Origin: Candidatus Sumerlaeia bacterium
GTDB taxonomy: Bacteria > Sumerlaeota > Sumerlaeia > SLMS01
Assembly (NCBI GenBank): GCA_038208905.1
Contig: JBBQYG010000060.1
Span: forward strand, 1 to 20,138
Direction of reading: 5' to 3'
DNA length: 20,138 nucleotides
Position 1 is the stretch's first letter; every line of letters begins with the position of its first letter. Of the stretch, positions 17,145-20,138 are shown in pieces. A program made the translations under genes and the position numbers. Below the pieces are notes generated by a model. That model was given only the letters and a program-made list of their open reading frames with translations, had not been told where the DNA came from and made no database searches.

Positions 17145-17922
17145 CCTCGCCGTAAACCGACAGGATTCTCACGCCCGGATTTCGCGCGCGCAGGATGTGC
17201 TCCGCCTCCCGCGCGTCCTCCAGCGTGATCGTGCGCAGCGTCGTGGTCTCAACGGCCACCCCGCGGTCGTGGTTACCGCGATTCTCAAGGTGCCACGCTC
17301 GCGGATACGGGCGCTTGGGCGTGTTGAGCTGCACCTCGTCGGGGGCCAGCTCCGCCACCAGCTCCGCCAGCCGCGCAATCCCGCCAATATTCGTTGGCAT
17401 CAACATGCACTGTAACGCAACCGTCTGCGGGAATTTCTCCTTCTTGAGCAGGCGAATTCCCTCCACGATGCGCTCCACAGTCACGCCGGCCACGGGGCGA
17501 TTCATCCGCGCCAGCATGGCGTCGTCCCACGCATCCAGCTTGCACGCCACCGTGTCGGCGCGGGCAAGGCGCTGGCGCGTCGCCGCGTCGGTCAGCATCG
17601 TCGCATTCGTTAGCACCATCACCGGCTTTTTGTGGTGGTCCTTCACCGCGTCGATCACGTCGCCGATGTTCAGCGCCAGCGTCGGCTCTCCGTTGCCGCT
17701 GAACGTAACCACATCCACGCCACCCCAATCCACCGGCATGAGATCGGAAAGCACGCGCTCCGTCTCCACGTATACCGCCTGCGCGCTTGTCACCCGCTGG
17801 ATGCGGCCAAGCTGGCAGTAGATACAATCGAAGGAGCAGATGGACGTCTGGAATAGCAAATCCACGCCGAGGGAGTTGCCGAACCGCCAGGATTTCACCG
17901 GGCCATAGATCGTGGAGGCCAT
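17140..17922 (-). CDS. Radical SAM protein, TYW1/wyosine-synthase-related (COG0731-like) bacterial family
   Basis: IYGPVKSWRFGNSLGVD, CSFDCIYC (CxxxCxxC) followed by QLG, TFSGNGEPTL, LTNAT, KLDA, NRP, VQLNTPKRP. Start at ATG 17922 or GTG 17928. Confidence 0.88.
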   Translation of the reverse strand: MASTIYGPVKSWRFGNSLGVDLLFQTSICSFDCIYCQLGRIQRVTSAQAVYVETERVLSDLMPVDWGGVDVVTFSGNGEPTLALNIGDVIDAVKDHHKKPVMVLTNATMLTDAATRQRLARADTVACKLDAWDDAMLARMNRPVAGVTVERIVEGIRLLKKEKFPQTVALQCMLMPTNIGGIARLAELVAELAPDEVQLNTPKRPYPRAWHLENRGNHDRGVAVETTTLRTITLEDAREAEHILRARNPGVRILSVYGEG

Positions 17923-17929
17923 TGTCACC
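17918..17929. repeat. 12-bp direct repeat, copy 2 (GCCATTGTCACC)
   Basis: Identical to 17133-17144. Spans the cyclo-ligase stop and the radical SAM start. Confidence 0.9.
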
Positions 17930-18521
17930 GGCGCGCTCCCGTGCGGAGGAATTGGCTCGGCGTGCAGACCATGTCCACCTTCTGATCGTGCGGCTCCGTC
18001 GGCAGGCTTCCGTCGATCAGTTGCCAGTCGTGGCAGACGCCAATTCTGGTCGCGTGGCCTGGAATCTGAGCCAGCAGCCGGTCGAAATGGCCGCCTCCGC
18101 GGCCCAGCCGCGCACCGTGGCGGTCAAACGCAAGCCCCGGCACCAGCACCGCCTCCACCTCGTCCAGCTCGGCGGGGGCGCAGCGCCCGCGAACTGGTTC
18201 CATGATTCCCCGATAGCCCGGTGCCACGTCGTCCATCGAAGCAACCCACCGTATTTCCAGCGACGTTCCATCGGGGCCCACCAAGGGGAGGATGATCCCT
18301 TGATGCAGCTCCATCAAGTCTTCCAGCATGTTCCATAGGTCCACTTCGCCGCCGTGCCCCAGAAACCCCATCGCGCCGCGCTGATACAGGATCGCGACCG
18401 AGGCGAGGCGACTCTGCACCGCGATGCCCGCGTCCGCCGCCTGCTCGGCTGTCAAGTCCTTCAGGCGCTCGCGCATCGCGCGGCGCATGACTCCCTTGGT
18501 GATCTCCGCGTCACAGGACAA
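17925..18521 (-). CDS. ygfA: 5-formyltetrahydrofolate cyclo-ligase
   Basis: [10 protein letters not shown]-terminus, [46 protein letters not shown] start at 18521 keeps the conserved Lys and overlaps the uvrB stop; ATG 18488 is the alternative. Confidence 0.92.
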   Translation of the reverse strand: MSCDAEITKGVMRRAMRERLKDLTAEQAADAGIAVQSRLASVAILYQRGAMGFLGHGGEVDLWNMLEDLMELHQGIILPLVGPDGTSLEIRWVASMDDVAPGYRGIMEPVRGRCAPAELDEVEAVLVPGLAFDRHGARLGRGGGHFDRLLAQIPGHATRIGVCHDWQLIDGSLPTEPHDQKVDMVCTPSQFLRTGARR

Positions 18522-20138
18522 GGATCTGCCTTTCCAGCTTCGCGATCTCGTCGCGGAGCTTCGCCGCGCGCTCGAACTCCAGCGACTTCGCCGCGTCCAG
18601 CATCTCCTTGCGCATCTTCGACAGCTTCTTGTCCAGGTCGGCGCGGTTGCCATACACGGGCTCGTCCTCCGCCACCAGCATCGCGCCGGTGTCCTCGTCC
18701 TCCTCATAGCTCGTCTGGAGCATCGACCCGATGCCCTTGATCACGCTTCGCGGCGTGATGCCGTGCGCCAGGTTGTGATCTACCTGCTTCTGGCGGCGGC
18801 GGTCGGTTTCGCCGATGCACGTCTCCATCGATTTCGTCACGCGGTCGGCATACATGATCACGCGCCCGTTCTCGTGGCGCGCTGCGCGGCCAACCGTCTG
18901 GATCAGCGACCGCGCCGAGCGCAGATAGCCCTCCTTGTCCGCGTCCAGGATCGCCACCAGCGCGCACTCCGGGATGTCCAGACCCTCGCGCAGCAGGTTG
19001 ATCCCCAACATCACGTGTTAGTTCCCCTCGCGGAGATGCTTGATCAGGTTCGCGCGCTCCATCACTTCCGTGTCGCTGTGCATATAGCGCACTTCAACGC
19101 CCAGCTCCGTGTAGTACTCCGTCAGTTCCTCCGCGAATCGCTTCGTCAGCGTCGTCACCAGCACGCGCTGGCCGTGCTCGATGCACTGGCGGATTTCCTC
19201 CAGCAGGTCCTGCACCTGGCTTGCCACCGGGCGGACCTCGATCCTCGGATCGATCAGCCCCGTGGGGCGGATGATCTGCTCCGCGATCACGCCGCCGGAA
19301 CGCTCCAGCTCATACTCCTCCGGCGTCGCGCTAACAAACACCGCGTTCTCGATCTTCCGCTCGAACTCCTCGAATCGCAGCGGCCTGTTGTCCAGCGCCG
19401 ACGGCAGGCGGAATCCGTAATCGACCAGCACCGTCTTGCGGCTCCGGTCGCCGGCGTGCATCGCGCGGATCTGGGGAACGCCGATGTGGCTCTCGTCGAT
19501 GAAGAGGAGGAAATCCTTGGGGAAATAGTCGATCAGCGTATAGGGCGGATCGCCCGCTCCGCGGCCCGCCAGATGGCGGGAGTAATTCTCGATCCCCGGG
19601 CACACGCCCATCTCGCGCATCAGCTCGATGTCATACTCGGTGCGCTGCTTCAGGCGCGCGTACTCGGCGAACTTCGATGCCGTTTCAAGCTCCGCCAGCC
19701 GCGTTTCCAGTTCCGCCTGGATGCGGACGATCGCCTTCTTCAGCGCCTCGCGCCCGGTCGCATACACGCTCGCGGGGAAGACCGCCGCGCGGCGCAGGCG
19801 GCGCAGCTTCTCGCCCGTCAGCGAGTCGATCTCCGTCAGCGATTCGACCTCGTCGCCAAAGAACTCCACCCGCAGCGCGCGCCGTTCCTCGTACGCCGGG
19901 AACACGTCCACCACATCCCCGCGCACGCGGAACACGCCGCGATGGAAGTCGCCATCGTTGCGCGTGTAGGTCAGCTCCACCAGCTTGCGCAACAGCTCGT
20001 CGCGCTTCATCCGCATCCCCGGTTCCAGATACAGGATCATGTTGAAGAAATCGTCGGGCGAGCCGATGCCGTAGATGCACGAGACCGACGCCACCACGAT
20101 CACATCGTTGCGCTCCAGCAGCGACCGCGTCGCGCTCA
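18511..20138 (-). pseudogene. uvrB: Excinuclease ABC subunit B, 5'-truncated by the window and interrupted by an in-frame TAA at 19018-19020 (possibly a sequence error rather than a true pseudogene)
   Basis: SATRSLLERNDVIVVASVSCIYG, GIENYSRH, DESH, GFRLPSALDNRPL, VSATP, EQIIRPTGL, VTTLTK, then in the same frame past the stop [26 protein letters not shown] and the C-terminal UVR domain ([11 protein letters not shown]). Confidence 0.93.

Noticed and set aside
18489..18530. 6S RNA (ssrS), often found upstream of ygfA
   Set aside because: No intergenic space; ygfA abuts or overlaps the uvrB stop.
19018..19020. Stop-codon reassignment or Sec/Pyl readthrough in uvrB
   Set aside because: The codon is TAA (not TGA or TAG), and TAA terminates gpmA at its canonical end (8915-8917).

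Overview
GC-rich bacterial chromosomal window, densely coding and mostly housekeeping. It contains no rRNA, tRNA, CRISPR array, integrase or transposase. Left to right: (-) secreted esterase running off the left edge with an apparent second SGNH-like domain, gpsA, and a single-TM hypothetical; (+) CHASE2 class III adenylate cyclase, lipoprotein, RluD-type pseudouridine synthase, and PPK2; (-) purM and gpmA; (+) GT2 glycosyltransferase; a composite REP/MITE-like inverted-repeat element; (-) DUF1611/DgcN-like gene and dipeptide epimerase/DgcA-like gene; (-) a 1013-aa secreted PQQ-type sugar dehydrogenase-PKD-heme c protein with a Pro/Thr linker and a half-dockerin tail; (-) hypothetical, TYW1-like radical SAM, 5-formyl-THF cyclo-ligase, and uvrB with an in-frame TAA. 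The most noteworthy observations are the modular quino-hemoprotein with a dockerin-like tag, an exact 12-bp direct repeat that precisely brackets the radical SAM gene, the nested repeat element at 11022-11209, and the uvrB nonsense codon inside a cluster of non-consensus residues. All family calls come from motif recognition by eye; no searches were run.
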